DNA of 64,000 nucleotides from assembly GCA_963825595.1 (NCBI GenBank), contig CAWGUE010000017.1, positions 18,779 through 82,778 on the forward strand, read 5' to 3'. The stretch's first letter is position 1. Each line of letters opens with the position of its first letter. The notes beneath the pieces were generated by a model. It searched no databases and had not been told where the DNA came from. It saw nothing but the letters and a program-made list of their open reading frames with translations. The stretch comes from an uncultured delta proteobacterium. Its GTDB lineage: Bacteria; Desulfobacterota; Desulfobacteria; Desulfobacterales; SG8-13. The translations under genes were made by a program, and so were the position numbers. This document shows positions 27,555 to 36,704 of the stretch, piece by piece.

Positions 27555-29627
27555 TCAGGACGGTAATACCAAATAACTCGCATCCGAGAACAGGCCCACA
27601 ATCGCCCAGCTGCCGGCCATGAAGAAGTCGCCGATAATCAGTCCGACGAAGAACAACCGCAGCTTCTTGAAAAGGTGCACACCGCCATAGCGCATGCAAA
27701 GGACGTTGCACAACCAACCGATAAAAAAACTGAACCAGAGAATCCGCATGGCCGAACTGTATGTGGTCAAATAGCCGATCGGGTGGATGGGCCACCAGTA
27801 GAATCGATGATAGCAGACAACCAACACCATCATAACCACGGCCCCGACCACAGAAAAAACCAAAACCCATTTCCCGCTGCGCATTGGCGACTCGACGAGA
27901 TTGTGCACGTTTTCATAAACCGATACCGTGGACCGCACGGCCCAGTCCAGATCGAGTTCCCGGGCACCGAATTTGTAACAAAGGGTCAACATGGAAACGA
28001 ACGATACCGCAACGGCAGCCAAAAGGGTGATGACAATGGTGCCCACAATCAATTTCTTGGGATCCATGCGATTCGTCACCCGCCCGGCATGGAGCAGCGA
28101 CGGCATGAGGGATTCCCGCAGATCGAGAAAAAGCACCTTTTGAACCACGGCGGTGAGCAGCAGTCCGATACTGCCGAAAAAACGGGGACCGAAAATAAAG
28201 AGGAGTCCGTCAAGCGGCGCATTGGTCAATGTGAAATAGGCCAGGCCGCCCTGGCAAATCACCCGGGTGGCAACGAGCATCACCATGAAGAAAGCACACA
28301 CCGTTAAAAAAGCCGGTAGGAGTGGCAGCCCAAAATAAACGCACAAACCGATCAGCAGCACCGAACCCCAAAAGAATCCCCAGAAGGAGAACCGGAAGGA
28401 AATCCACTCCGGTTGGGATGATTTGGGGACACGGAATCGCACTGCATCCCGCACGGTTTCCCAGAGGTGGAATCGCGCCAGCCACAGAAGAAAAAGAAAA
28501 AAGACCGCATACGCCCCGATGGTCTGGGTTTCTTCCGGACGGGAGAGGGTCGGTCCGAAGGTAACACCCAAGGCCGCTTCCGGGATATCGTAGCCAAGGA
28601 TACCCAGCAGACCGAAAAGCAGACCACCGAAGATGAAAAAAATCCAGAATGAGAGGGATATCTGCTTCGACGTTAAAAATGCTAATCCGATAAAGGCCGG
28701 GTAGATGAAAATCTTTAGTTTGTAAAATCCGGAAAAAAGACCGTACTTGGGAAAGTATGACCCGGCCAAAATCAGGGTGGGAACCTGCGGTACGGAGGGT
28801 ATATAGAAACTAAACCCGTTTATTAAGTGCAACACCACTGGGATGGCGAGTCCCGCCAGAAGAAAGCGGTCGGATAGAAAACGGCCCAATGCATTGTCGT
28901 CGTATGCTTCCTGCATGAGTTGCGGAACCCGCAGGAGGGGGAAGTTCATCCGTTCATTCTCGATCGCCTGCCGGCTGAGGATGTTGATCATGCAAAGCAT
29001 TACGAAGTAACAGATGAAAATAAAGATCCCCCAAACCATGAGAGGCGGGAGCCAAGCGCTCCATGGAACCTGCCGAAACACTTCCCACCAGCTCAGGTTG
29101 CGCCCGCCGGCCAGCCCATCGTAGAGGGAGGAAACCGCTTCCGGACTCTGCGGATAGAGCCCGCCGGGAAGTAGCGGCAACAGTTCCTCTGCCCAACGGC
29201 TTCCGAGTGTCGAAAAATACTGGGGTGCCGTCAGGTTGATGAAAAAGGTCCGAACCAGACCGGTGTAAGCAATTCCCGAGGCCAGGACCATCAGGATCCA
29301 GATAAGCAGCAGCTCGCGCCCCGTGAGCCAGGACCATCTCGAAAAGACAGTCCTGAGACCGGCGGTGGCCAACATCAGCCAGAAAAGAATGTAGAAAGGT
29401 GCCAGAGGGAAATGCCCGCCCCCCAACGGCGTTGCCGAACGATACACGTTGTTGAACGGTGTAATGGCGCAAATGAACATTGCCAGAACAAACCCGATCG
29501 TCAGGGCCCGAGCGCGTATCGGCACACCGCCGGTAACGCTCGCAGGGGCGGACGGGGCGCCGGATCCAGCCTTCACGCAGGATGTATCGTTGCCGTCGGT
29601 TGAATCGATTTTTTCCATACAGCTCAC
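27555..29627 (-). CDS. polytopic membrane protein (about 690 aa), related in architecture to 25442..27403
   Basis: Many TM helices. C-terminal WWPIHPIGY...FFIGWLCNVLCMRYGG motif. GTG start overlaps the upstream TGA (GTGA); the alternative ATG is at 29618. Confidence 0.7.
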   Translation of the reverse strand: MSCMEKIDSTDGNDTSCVKAGSGAPSAPASVTGGVPIRARALTIGFVLAMFICAITPFNNVYRSATPLGGGHFPLAPFYILFWLMLATAGLRTVFSRWSWLTGRELLLIWILMVLASGIAYTGLVRTFFINLTAPQYFSTLGSRWAEELLPLLPGGLYPQSPEAVSSLYDGLAGGRNLSWWEVFRQVPWSAWLPPLMVWGIFIFICYFVMLCMINILSRQAIENERMNFPLLRVPQLMQEAYDDNALGRFLSDRFLLAGLAIPVVLHLINGFSFYIPSVPQVPTLILAGSYFPKYGLFSGFYKLKIFIYPAFIGLAFLTSKQISLSFWIFFIFGGLLFGLLGILGYDIPEAALGVTFGPTLSRPEETQTIGAYAVFFLFLLWLARFHLWETVRDAVRFRVPKSSQPEWISFRFSFWGFFWGSVLLIGLCVYFGLPLLPAFLTVCAFFMVMLVATRVICQGGLAYFTLTNAPLDGLLFIFGPRFFGSIGLLLTAVVQKVLFLDLRESLMPSLLHAGRVTNRMDPKKLIVGTIVITLLAAVAVSFVSMLTLCYKFGARELDLDWAVRSTVSVYENVHNLVESPMRSGKWVLVFSVVGAVVMMVLVVCYHRFYWWPIHPIGYLTTYSSAMRILWFSFFIGWLCNVLCMRYGGVHLFKKLRLFFVGLIIGDFFMAGSWAIVGLFSDASYLVLPS

Positions 29628-32600
29628 GTTCCGTCAGGTATCGTTGCGGTGCCCTCAGGGGCCGCGTCTATATACTGTCTGACATCTATGCCGCGCTTTT
29701 TCCCATCTGCGGCGATCAGCTCTTCATAGTGAACTTTGGAGATCGAATCGAGCGATCGCCACACCAGAAGTGTTTTTCGCAGTTCGTGGAGGAAGGCCTT
29801 GTTGATTCGCCGCCAGGCGTTTGCCTCTCCGGAAAGACGTTCAAGGAGGATTCTGATTTCAAGGAATCCGGGGTCTTCCGCAGATCGGCAGAAGGCCACC
29901 GCGACCTTCTGCATGATACCGAAATCGAAAGGCGCCAGCCAAATATCGGTTGTCAGCTGTAAAAATACTTCATCGCTGCCGGTGGCACTCGCCGCGCCCT
30001 CGAGGCCCTGGCGGTCGGGTTCATCTTCCGGGACCAGGCATTGGGTCATTGAAAAACCGATCTCTCCGGCGGAAAACAGACCGTGGGATACATCTCGGTG
30101 CCCTTCGAAGTGATCCAGTAGGAAACCGCCGACACTCAGGTGCTCGCGGTGTTTCATCAGAAAGGGGAGGGTCACCTGCAGGCGATTCCCGACAGCTTCC
30201 GGAAGCCGCCAGGAGCGGTTGACGTCCGGTATGGCGATGTTGGCCGCAACCTTTGATGGGTAAATGACGGAAACCAACACGACCAGAATCACCAGAACCA
30301 TGGCCGCCACACCCGCTATGGAAGAATAGTTGACCGTTATCCCGGACCACAGGGCGGTGCCGGCCAGAACGCCGGCCGTCGTCTGGGCCAGCAAGTAACC
30401 GAGAACAACGCTGAGAACTGCGAACGCCAGGGCCTCGGCAATGAAAAGAAACGACACGTGAGAGGGGGCCAACCCTACGGCGGTGTAAATACCGATTTCC
30501 CGTTTTCTTTCATAAACGCTGCCGATCATCGTGTTGAGGACGATAAAAACGGAAATGACCAGAGGGATGACCACATTGGGGACACCGCTGTAACTCATGG
30601 TGTCGCTGGCCTGGTAGAGATACGTACCGTCCGTTTGCCCGGCAAAGAGCGTCAAGCCGAACCGGTCGACGATTTGTTCGGCAGCCGTCCGGTTGACCCG
30701 CCCGCCTTCGGGTTTGACGGCAACGCCTTTGAGTTTGCCCCCGGCACTCATTAAAAATGCGTCCGGAACGATCAACATGCGATCGGCATCGACGTGCTGG
30801 TAGCGACTCTGGTACGAACGGACTTCCTCCCCGGACTCCATGGCCTCCATTTCCACCTCGGTCATCTCCATGGAAACTTCGCTCGGAAAAGTCACCGTTG
30901 AAAGAGGCTCTCCGTCCAAATCGGTGTTTTCCATTAAACGGAGGCTCGAAAACACCCCGACCACCCGAAACGGAAGACCCCAGATGAGCACATCGGTATC
31001 CTGACTTAACACCGGATCGACGGCCAGCTCCTCCGCCATTCGCTCAGAAAGCAGAACCGCCCGCTGCTCCGACTCCCGAAACCATCGGCCGCCGACCAGA
31101 ATCCGCTCCATGCCGGTCACCTTGGGTTCGGCGGCGGACAAACCGATCGCGCCGTAAGCGGTATACTGCCGTTCCGCACGCTGGACCGTCACACTCAGGG
31201 TGCGCGTCCGGTCTTCGTCTTCAAGCCATACCCGCGGTGCCACGACACTGCTACTGCCAAAATAATCGGCCACAATGCTCAAACTTTCAGTAGGCAGATC
31301 GGTCCAATTGACATTCTTGAACAGATACCCGCTATAGGGCGAGTGCTCCTGGAAGAGCAGCCGGGTGTGGTGCCGCAACGACTTCACGGAGGTAAAGCTC
31401 ATGACAGTGAAGGTCAGAATGATCAGCGTGGCACTGGTCAGGGCCGTTCGCAAGCGTCGGCGTCTTAGATTGCTGACCCCCAGCAGAAATGCCGCCGCGA
31501 AGGCTTTCCAGCGCCCCATCTCAAGGGCTTTCATTTGCCGGGCATGCCGTTGGAGTTTGGCCATCTCTTCTTCGAAACGAAAGTAAATGATCAGGGTCAC
31601 AATGCCCGAAAGGCCCATGATGAAAAAGGCCAGAATGACCACCGTCGGGCTGTATGCCAGCTGGAAAGCCGGGTGCACATTGTAAATTACGGCGATCAGC
31701 ACAACGAGGATGGCGCAAAAGGCGATGATGCGCTTGTGAATGTTTGTGTAGGAAAAGAGCAGGCGCTCCATGCAAAAGGCAAACGGTACAAAAAGAGCGA
31801 TGTAGAACAATACTCCGAAGAGAACGTCCTTCTCTGTGCTTTCCACGTCACCGTATACACGCGTGGCCAGTGCCCAGGAGCTTGACGCCGCTTTGACAAA
31901 GTGATCGTACTGCCGTTCGTCGAGAGCCCTGTCGGCGTCTTCCAGAACCGCCAGCCCTTCCCGTTGCAGCTGGGAGATCCGTTCGTTATAGATGCCGTGT
32001 GACTCGAGGGTTCGTATCCGCGGTACGAGCAGGCTCCACATGTCACGGGCGACCATATAATCGGTGCGGTAAACAAAAGGCCAATCGTCGACAAGGTACC
32101 CGCGGCCTTGGGGATGGGCGGCATCGGCGTTGAGAAGCAGTAGTTTCCAGCGCAGCACCGTGTCCGACAGCGTCAGCTTCCAAGGCGTGCCGGGCTCGAG
32201 CAGCAGCGAGGAAATGACTGAGGACCAGGTGTCGAGCCTGCTGAAGCTGTAACGGCCCGGGCGCGCTTCCCGCCTGGCATCGATCAGCTGGACCTTGTTC
32301 ATGTAACGGAAGGTACGGGGCTCGAGCAGGTTGAATACGACGCTCTGTTTGCATCCGAACATCACCAGATTGGTTTCGATGTTGTTCCGTTGAACCTTGA
32401 CCCGATAGGCATCCTTGCCGGTCTGTTTTTTGTCGATGGCCCACATAATCTGCCCGTTTTCAGGATCGAACCGGTAGGCTTCGATGACCAGCTTGTCTTG
32501 CACCAGCTTCTTGGTGGCCACCCCTTTCAGGTAATACATCCCCATGGCATCCACCATGCTGTAGTAGCGCCCCTGGCCTTGAAACGTCATGACGACCGTT

Positions 32601-34630
32601 CCCGGTGCCGGTTGATCGGGAAACAGTTCACCGTGTCTCAGAAACTTTGCCTGGCCCGTGACGGTCGTAAAACCGTCTCTTGGAAGGCTGCCGTCGTAAA
32701 GCCCCGGTGCCCGCGTGATGCCATCGATCAACCCCGCGACCTGCGCACTCTGGCGCACGGCAAAGTCCCGGTCGACGGCCTCGGGTCGATCACCCGGTGT
32801 CCCCCATTGCGACCGAGCGTCGTTCACCGTCACCAGCGAGACACCCAGGAAGCCGGCCAGCGCACTGACCTCGCCGCCCAGCGGCGGTCGGTCGAGGAAG
32901 TAACTCTGCCAGGAACGCTGTCGATCGGGTCGCAGGGTATCCTGGTACAGGATGGGGTCCAAGCCTTTGTCGCTGAGTGTTTCGGCGCTTTTCTTAAGCA
33001 CGTCGTCCAGGGTGCTGTAAATCGCCGTCCGATTGACCCGCGGCCTCAGCGGATACAGCCAACCATAGTTGAAGGCACCGAAACCGTCACCGTGACTGGA
33101 GAGGTGCAGGGAAACAATGGCCGAGAGCTCCATCGATTTGGCAAGGCTGCGGAATGACTTGGCGCTGCGAATCATCTTCTCCTGCAGGTCGGCGCCTTTC
33201 TCTATCCGAAGGTAATCGCCAATCGCCCTGGGAATAGCCTGTTCAATGGCTGCCGTTTCTTCCGCAGAAAGATTGCTCAAATCGGTCCGCCAGAGAATGC
33301 GCCGCAGAAGCCGCCGCTCTTGAACCAGCGCACGGATGCGACCCTGATTTTCATCCGCCTTGCTCTTCAGCCGCAATCGCATGAGTTGATTGGAAATGCC
33401 GTCCACCTCGGACTTGATTGATTCGCTGATAGCCTCGAGCAGTTTCGGACCCGTCTGGGGCTGTTCGGAAGATTTTTTAGCCAGGAAGACGGTGACGCCT
33501 TCCTGGCGGATCTCGTTCAGCATGTCCAGGTTGCCGCCGGCCATTTTGACGGTTTTTTTAAGCGTTTTTTGCAGATTTCGCAGGTCCTTGCTGCGCGATC
33601 GGAGACTCCATACCATTTCCCGCATACCGGCAAGGGTTTGGGCGTGACCGGCAGTAGCCACAAGAAGCACAGACCGGCCCGGCGACGACTGCTTCAGGGT
33701 GCGGGCCAGATTCAGCAAGGTAATGATTCCGATAGTTTCGTCCGCCCCGGGTGCCAAACCCGGCACCAGTGCAGCCGCATCGTAGAACGCCTCCACAACG
33801 ATGAGCTGCTCCTTGAGCTCAGGATCGGATCCGGTGATCAGTCCAAACACGTTCTCGGCAGTGACATCCTCCCAGCCGGATTTTGAGTATAGAACCGCGG
33901 ACCGGGACAACAGGCCTTCCGGCGCCGATTCGAAGGATCCGAAAATGCGTTTCGCCGTATCGCGATCGATCCGGAAACGGGGAAAAGAAAGCGGGGTCAG
34001 TTCCAGTTTGTCCTCGTAAAGCATTTTCGGAGTTGCGTTCTCATCGAGGTAAATCAGGGCGGCGGCTCCCAGGGAAGCGGCGTGGATCCAATTCTTGCCC
34101 GAATCGATGTCCATCAGGACGATAGCGCCTTCCACTGGCTTGCCGTTAAAGTGTTTCAGCTCTCCCGGTCCGACATAAATAATCGGTCCCTGAAGGCCCT
34201 CTTTCTGGATCGTTTGCGGTGTGACGGCATTGGCCAAGACCGGCTGAACATCGATGCTGATCCGTCGCTCCGGCAAATCGAGACGGCTGCCAAAATGCCG
34301 AATCACCGGGACCCTGAAGAGCTGGGAACCCACCGCCTCCAAACCCAACTGTTCGAACCGTCTCATGATGAATTTTGCGGCAGCGGCACATCCGGGCGTA
34401 CCCGTGCTGCGATCTCCGAAAGCGGCCATTTCGCGGATGTCGGCCATGAAGTGATCCGCAGACGGCGCGGCGTCAACCGCAAGAGCGGATGACGCCGTCA
34501 GGAGCGCCCACAGTAAAATCGACCCGGCTGTCGAATTTGCTTTTTTTATCGGAAAGTATCTGGAGGAAGACCGGTGTCGCCGGCGGTGGGGCGATAACCT
34601 GTGATTTTGCTTTTTGGAGGAAGCCGGCAT
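29624..34630 (-). CDS. giant envelope protein: signal peptide, PA/M28-peptidase-like domain lacking metal ligands, long middle region, extra TM helices, MacB-type FtsX permease module, about 200-aa C-terminal domain
   Basis: The ATG at 34630 precedes the signal-like GSILLWALLTASSALA. M28-like block VFGLITGSD...VEAFYDAAALVPGLAPGADETIGIITLLNLAR...LLVATAGHAQ. FtsX block VLNTMIGSVYERKREIGIYTAVGLAP plus 3 TM. Uninterrupted 5-kb ORF. Confidence 0.75.
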   Translation of the reverse strand: MPASSKKQNHRLSPHRRRHRSSSRYFPIKKANSTAGSILLWALLTASSALAVDAAPSADHFMADIREMAAFGDRSTGTPGCAAAAKFIMRRFEQLGLEAVGSQLFRVPVIRHFGSRLDLPERRISIDVQPVLANAVTPQTIQKEGLQGPIIYVGPGELKHFNGKPVEGAIVLMDIDSGKNWIHAASLGAAALIYLDENATPKMLYEDKLELTPLSFPRFRIDRDTAKRIFGSFESAPEGLLSRSAVLYSKSGWEDVTAENVFGLITGSDPELKEQLIVVEAFYDAAALVPGLAPGADETIGIITLLNLARTLKQSSPGRSVLLVATAGHAQTLAGMREMVWSLRSRSKDLRNLQKTLKKTVKMAGGNLDMLNEIRQEGVTVFLAKKSSEQPQTGPKLLEAISESIKSEVDGISNQLMRLRLKSKADENQGRIRALVQERRLLRRILWRTDLSNLSAEETAAIEQAIPRAIGDYLRIEKGADLQEKMIRSAKSFRSLAKSMELSAIVSLHLSSHGDGFGAFNYGWLYPLRPRVNRTAIYSTLDDVLKKSAETLSDKGLDPILYQDTLRPDRQRSWQSYFLDRPPLGGEVSALAGFLGVSLVTVNDARSQWGTPGDRPEAVDRDFAVRQSAQVAGLIDGITRAPGLYDGSLPRDGFTTVTGQAKFLRHGELFPDQPAPGTVVMTFQGQGRYYSMVDAMGMYYLKGVATKKLVQDKLVIEAYRFDPENGQIMWAIDKKQTGKDAYRVKVQRNNIETNLVMFGCKQSVVFNLLEPRTFRYMNKVQLIDARREARPGRYSFSRLDTWSSVISSLLLEPGTPWKLTLSDTVLRWKLLLLNADAAHPQGRGYLVDDWPFVYRTDYMVARDMWSLLVPRIRTLESHGIYNERISQLQREGLAVLEDADRALDERQYDHFVKAASSSWALATRVYGDVESTEKDVLFGVLFYIALFVPFAFCMERLLFSYTNIHKRIIAFCAILVVLIAVIYNVHPAFQLAYSPTVVILAFFIMGLSGIVTLIIYFRFEEEMAKLQRHARQMKALEMGRWKAFAAAFLLGVSNLRRRRLRTALTSATLIILTFTVMSFTSVKSLRHHTRLLFQEHSPYSGYLFKNVNWTDLPTESLSIVADYFGSSSVVAPRVWLEDEDRTRTLSVTVQRAERQYTAYGAIGLSAAEPKVTGMERILVGGRWFRESEQRAVLLSERMAEELAVDPVLSQDTDVLIWGLPFRVVGVFSSLRLMENTDLDGEPLSTVTFPSEVSMEMTEVEMEAMESGEEVRSYQSRYQHVDADRMLIVPDAFLMSAGGKLKGVAVKPEGGRVNRTAAEQIVDRFGLTLFAGQTDGTYLYQASDTMSYSGVPNVVIPLVISVFIVLNTMIGSVYERKREIGIYTAVGLAPSHVSFLFIAEALAFAVLSVVLGYLLAQTTAGVLAGTALWSGITVNYSSIAGVAAMVLVILVVLVSVIYPSKVAANIAIPDVNRSWRLPEAVGNRLQVTLPFLMKHREHLSVGGFLLDHFEGHRDVSHGLFSAGEIGFSMTQCLVPEDEPDRQGLEGAASATGSDEVFLQLTTDIWLAPFDFGIMQKVAVAFCRSAEDPGFLEIRILLERLSGEANAWRRINKAFLHELRKTLLVWRSLDSISKVHYEELIAADGKKRGIDVRQYIDAAPEGTATIPDGT

Positions 34631-34706
34631 ATGCGCTTTTTTCTGTACTCTGGATGATCGCAAACAAAACGAGAATTGTAAATGTCCATTGTTGATCTCG
34701 TTTTGT

Positions 34707-35444
34707 TTACTCCTTGGCCCCGATTTTCCCGAGAGAAATGGACAGTTCGTCCCGGTTTTCGATTTTATCGACGCGTCCATCCCGGATCCAGACCACCTGA
34801 TCCGATACGTTAAGCATTTTAAAGTCATGGGTGGCGGAGATTACCGTCACGGATCTTTCGCGACTCAAATTCTTCAGCAAAGCAATAATCTCTTCGCCCG
34901 TGCTGAGATCGAGGTTCCCGGTGGGTTCATCGGCCAGTATGATCGCCGGATCGTTGGCCAGAGCCCGGGCCACAGCCACGCGCTGCTGCTGACCGCCGGA
35001 AAGTTCCGAGGGTTTGTGCTGAAATCGGTCTCCCAGTCCCACCAGATCAAGCAAGCGGATGCCCTTATCCGTCGCCTCGTCGCCGTTCATTCCCGCAAAA
35101 GTCATGGGTAGGGTCACGTTCTCCAAAGCTGACATGACCTGTATCAGATTGAACGTCTGAAAGATGTAGCCAATTTTGCGACAACGCAGCCAGGCCAGTT
35201 CGTAGGCATCAAGTTGGGCGATGTCGACCTCGTCGATGAAAACTTTGCCGGAAGTCGGTTTGTCCAGCCCGCCGATCATGTTGAAGAGCGTGCTTTTGCC
35301 GGATCCCGAGGGTCCCATAATGGAAATGTAGTGGCCGGACTGAATCTCCAGGTCGATCCCTTTGAGTGCCAGAACATCTATTTTTCCCAGCTTAAAAGAC
35401 TTGGTAACGTTTGAAACCCTGACGATGTTATGGTTATCTTTCAT
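34707..35444 (-). CDS. ABC transporter ATP-binding protein, MacB/LolD type
   Basis: GPSGSGKST, LSGGQQQRVAVARAL, ILADEPTGNLD. ATG at 35444. Confidence 0.9.
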   Translation of the reverse strand: MKDNHNIVRVSNVTKSFKLGKIDVLALKGIDLEIQSGHYISIMGPSGSGKSTLFNMIGGLDKPTSGKVFIDEVDIAQLDAYELAWLRCRKIGYIFQTFNLIQVMSALENVTLPMTFAGMNGDEATDKGIRLLDLVGLGDRFQHKPSELSGGQQQRVAVARALANDPAIILADEPTGNLDLSTGEEIIALLKNLSRERSVTVISATHDFKMLNVSDQVVWIRDGRVDKIENRDELSISLGKIGAKE

Positions 35445-35604
35445 CGAAGTTCCTAAAATGACTTCACCGGTAGTGGTCGCCGCTGCAATGTAAAAAAAGG
35501 GTCCCGCCGAAAGGTGTCGGTAGGACAAGACCTACGATGCGTGCACGTCACTCATTTAGTCGGGTCTCGATGTGCAGAGAAATTCGTCGCGGCGGCGGCA
35601 CGAT

Positions 35605-36303
35605 TCAGTGTTCCGCGCGCATGGCCTCCACCGGCTGCATTCTGGCCGCCACGATAGCCGGATAGACAACCCCCACGAGACTCAGGAGAGAACCCACAAC
35701 GGTGGCTGACAGGATCGAAAGTAAAACCGCCCGCCAGGAAAGGGTGGCCAGCGCAACGGTACCAAAGCTGACGGCCGCATTCAGGAGTGAGAACAGGGCA
35801 CCGACCAATGCGCCCGCAGCGCCGCCGACCAGGCCCTGCATCCCGGCTTCCAGAAAAAAGAGCCGCAGGATGAATCGGTCCAGGGCACCGAGGCATTTCA
35901 TGGTTCCAATTTCCCGGAACCTCTCTGTGACGGCCATCAGCTGCGCATTGACGATACCCACCACGCAGACCACCAACGAGAGAATCACGATCCAGCGCTG
36001 TTTGGGTGAGGCCGCGACGCTGGTGTCATTCGGTCCGATGTCATAACCGGCATTGATCAGGATCTGCCTGGAATCGACATGGCCGGTGGCCAGCAGTCCG
36101 TCTGCCACGTCCGTACCGACGTTGGTAAAAGAGAGGAACGCCACGGCCAGCACCAGGCTCAGCGTCGTGATCAGTGAACGGAAAAACCGCACCCGAATGC
36201 TCTTGAAAGCGATCTCGATCGCTTTCTTGAACGGCAGCACGACAAGCCGTTTCACCGGATCGGTCGTGGATACGGATGTCATTTCATCAGATATGTCAGC
36301 CAT
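35605..36303 (-). CDS. short FtsX-family ABC permease (4 TM, minimal extracytoplasmic loop)
   Basis: 232 aa. NAQLMAVTERFREIGTMKCLGA FtsX signature. First gene of the operon. Confidence 0.8.
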   Translation of the reverse strand: MADISDEMTSVSTTDPVKRLVVLPFKKAIEIAFKSIRVRFFRSLITTLSLVLAVAFLSFTNVGTDVADGLLATGHVDSRQILINAGYDIGPNDTSVAASPKQRWIVILSLVVCVVGIVNAQLMAVTERFREIGTMKCLGALDRFILRLFFLEAGMQGLVGGAAGALVGALFSLLNAAVSFGTVALATLSWRAVLLSILSATVVGSLLSLVGVVYPAIVAARMQPVEAMRAEH

Positions 36304-36440
36304 AGGATCTCACCTCTGAAGACGAAGGGGTGTTATCCGACGACCGCCGGATAACGAAGACCTTCGTCAGAGGGCGCGCCGCGCGACTGCCAGGGCGCGA
36401 TGAGATGGACCAGAGGTATGCTCTGCGTTGAATTACCTAT

Positions 36441-36615
36441 TGTCCATCCATAAATGGCCTTTTTTCCACTGGGCGGCGTTCTCCGCAGCTTTCCGACTGC
36501 GGCGTACATAAAGTACGCCTCGCCGCAAACCTTTGTGCGGCCTTGCCCAGCGAAAAAAATTCTCATTTATGAATTGGACACTCAATCGTGCCATCCACTT
36601 TTCGCGGATGGGCAC
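36441..36615 (+). repeat. R2 intergenic hairpin element, full copy
   Basis: Internal hairpin GGCGTAC-ATAAA-GTACGCC (36501-36519). Conserved AAAAAATTCTCATTTATGAATTGGACACTC. Terminal hairpin GTGCCATCC...GGATGGGCAC. Confidence 0.7.
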
Positions 36616-36704
36616 TATTTAAATTTTTTGAACGGTAACACAAAAACCAGGGCCCATCAACGGGTATTGAGCCGTGGGCGAATACGGTGACCGCTGCAGA
36701 CCGG

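Noticed and set aside
36566-36600. Sigma54-type -24/-12 promoter in the TTGGACACTCAATCGTGCC part of R2
   Set aside because: The GG to GC spacing is 14 nt rather than the 11 required by the TGGCAC-N5-TTGC consensus, and the -12 TTGC is absent.
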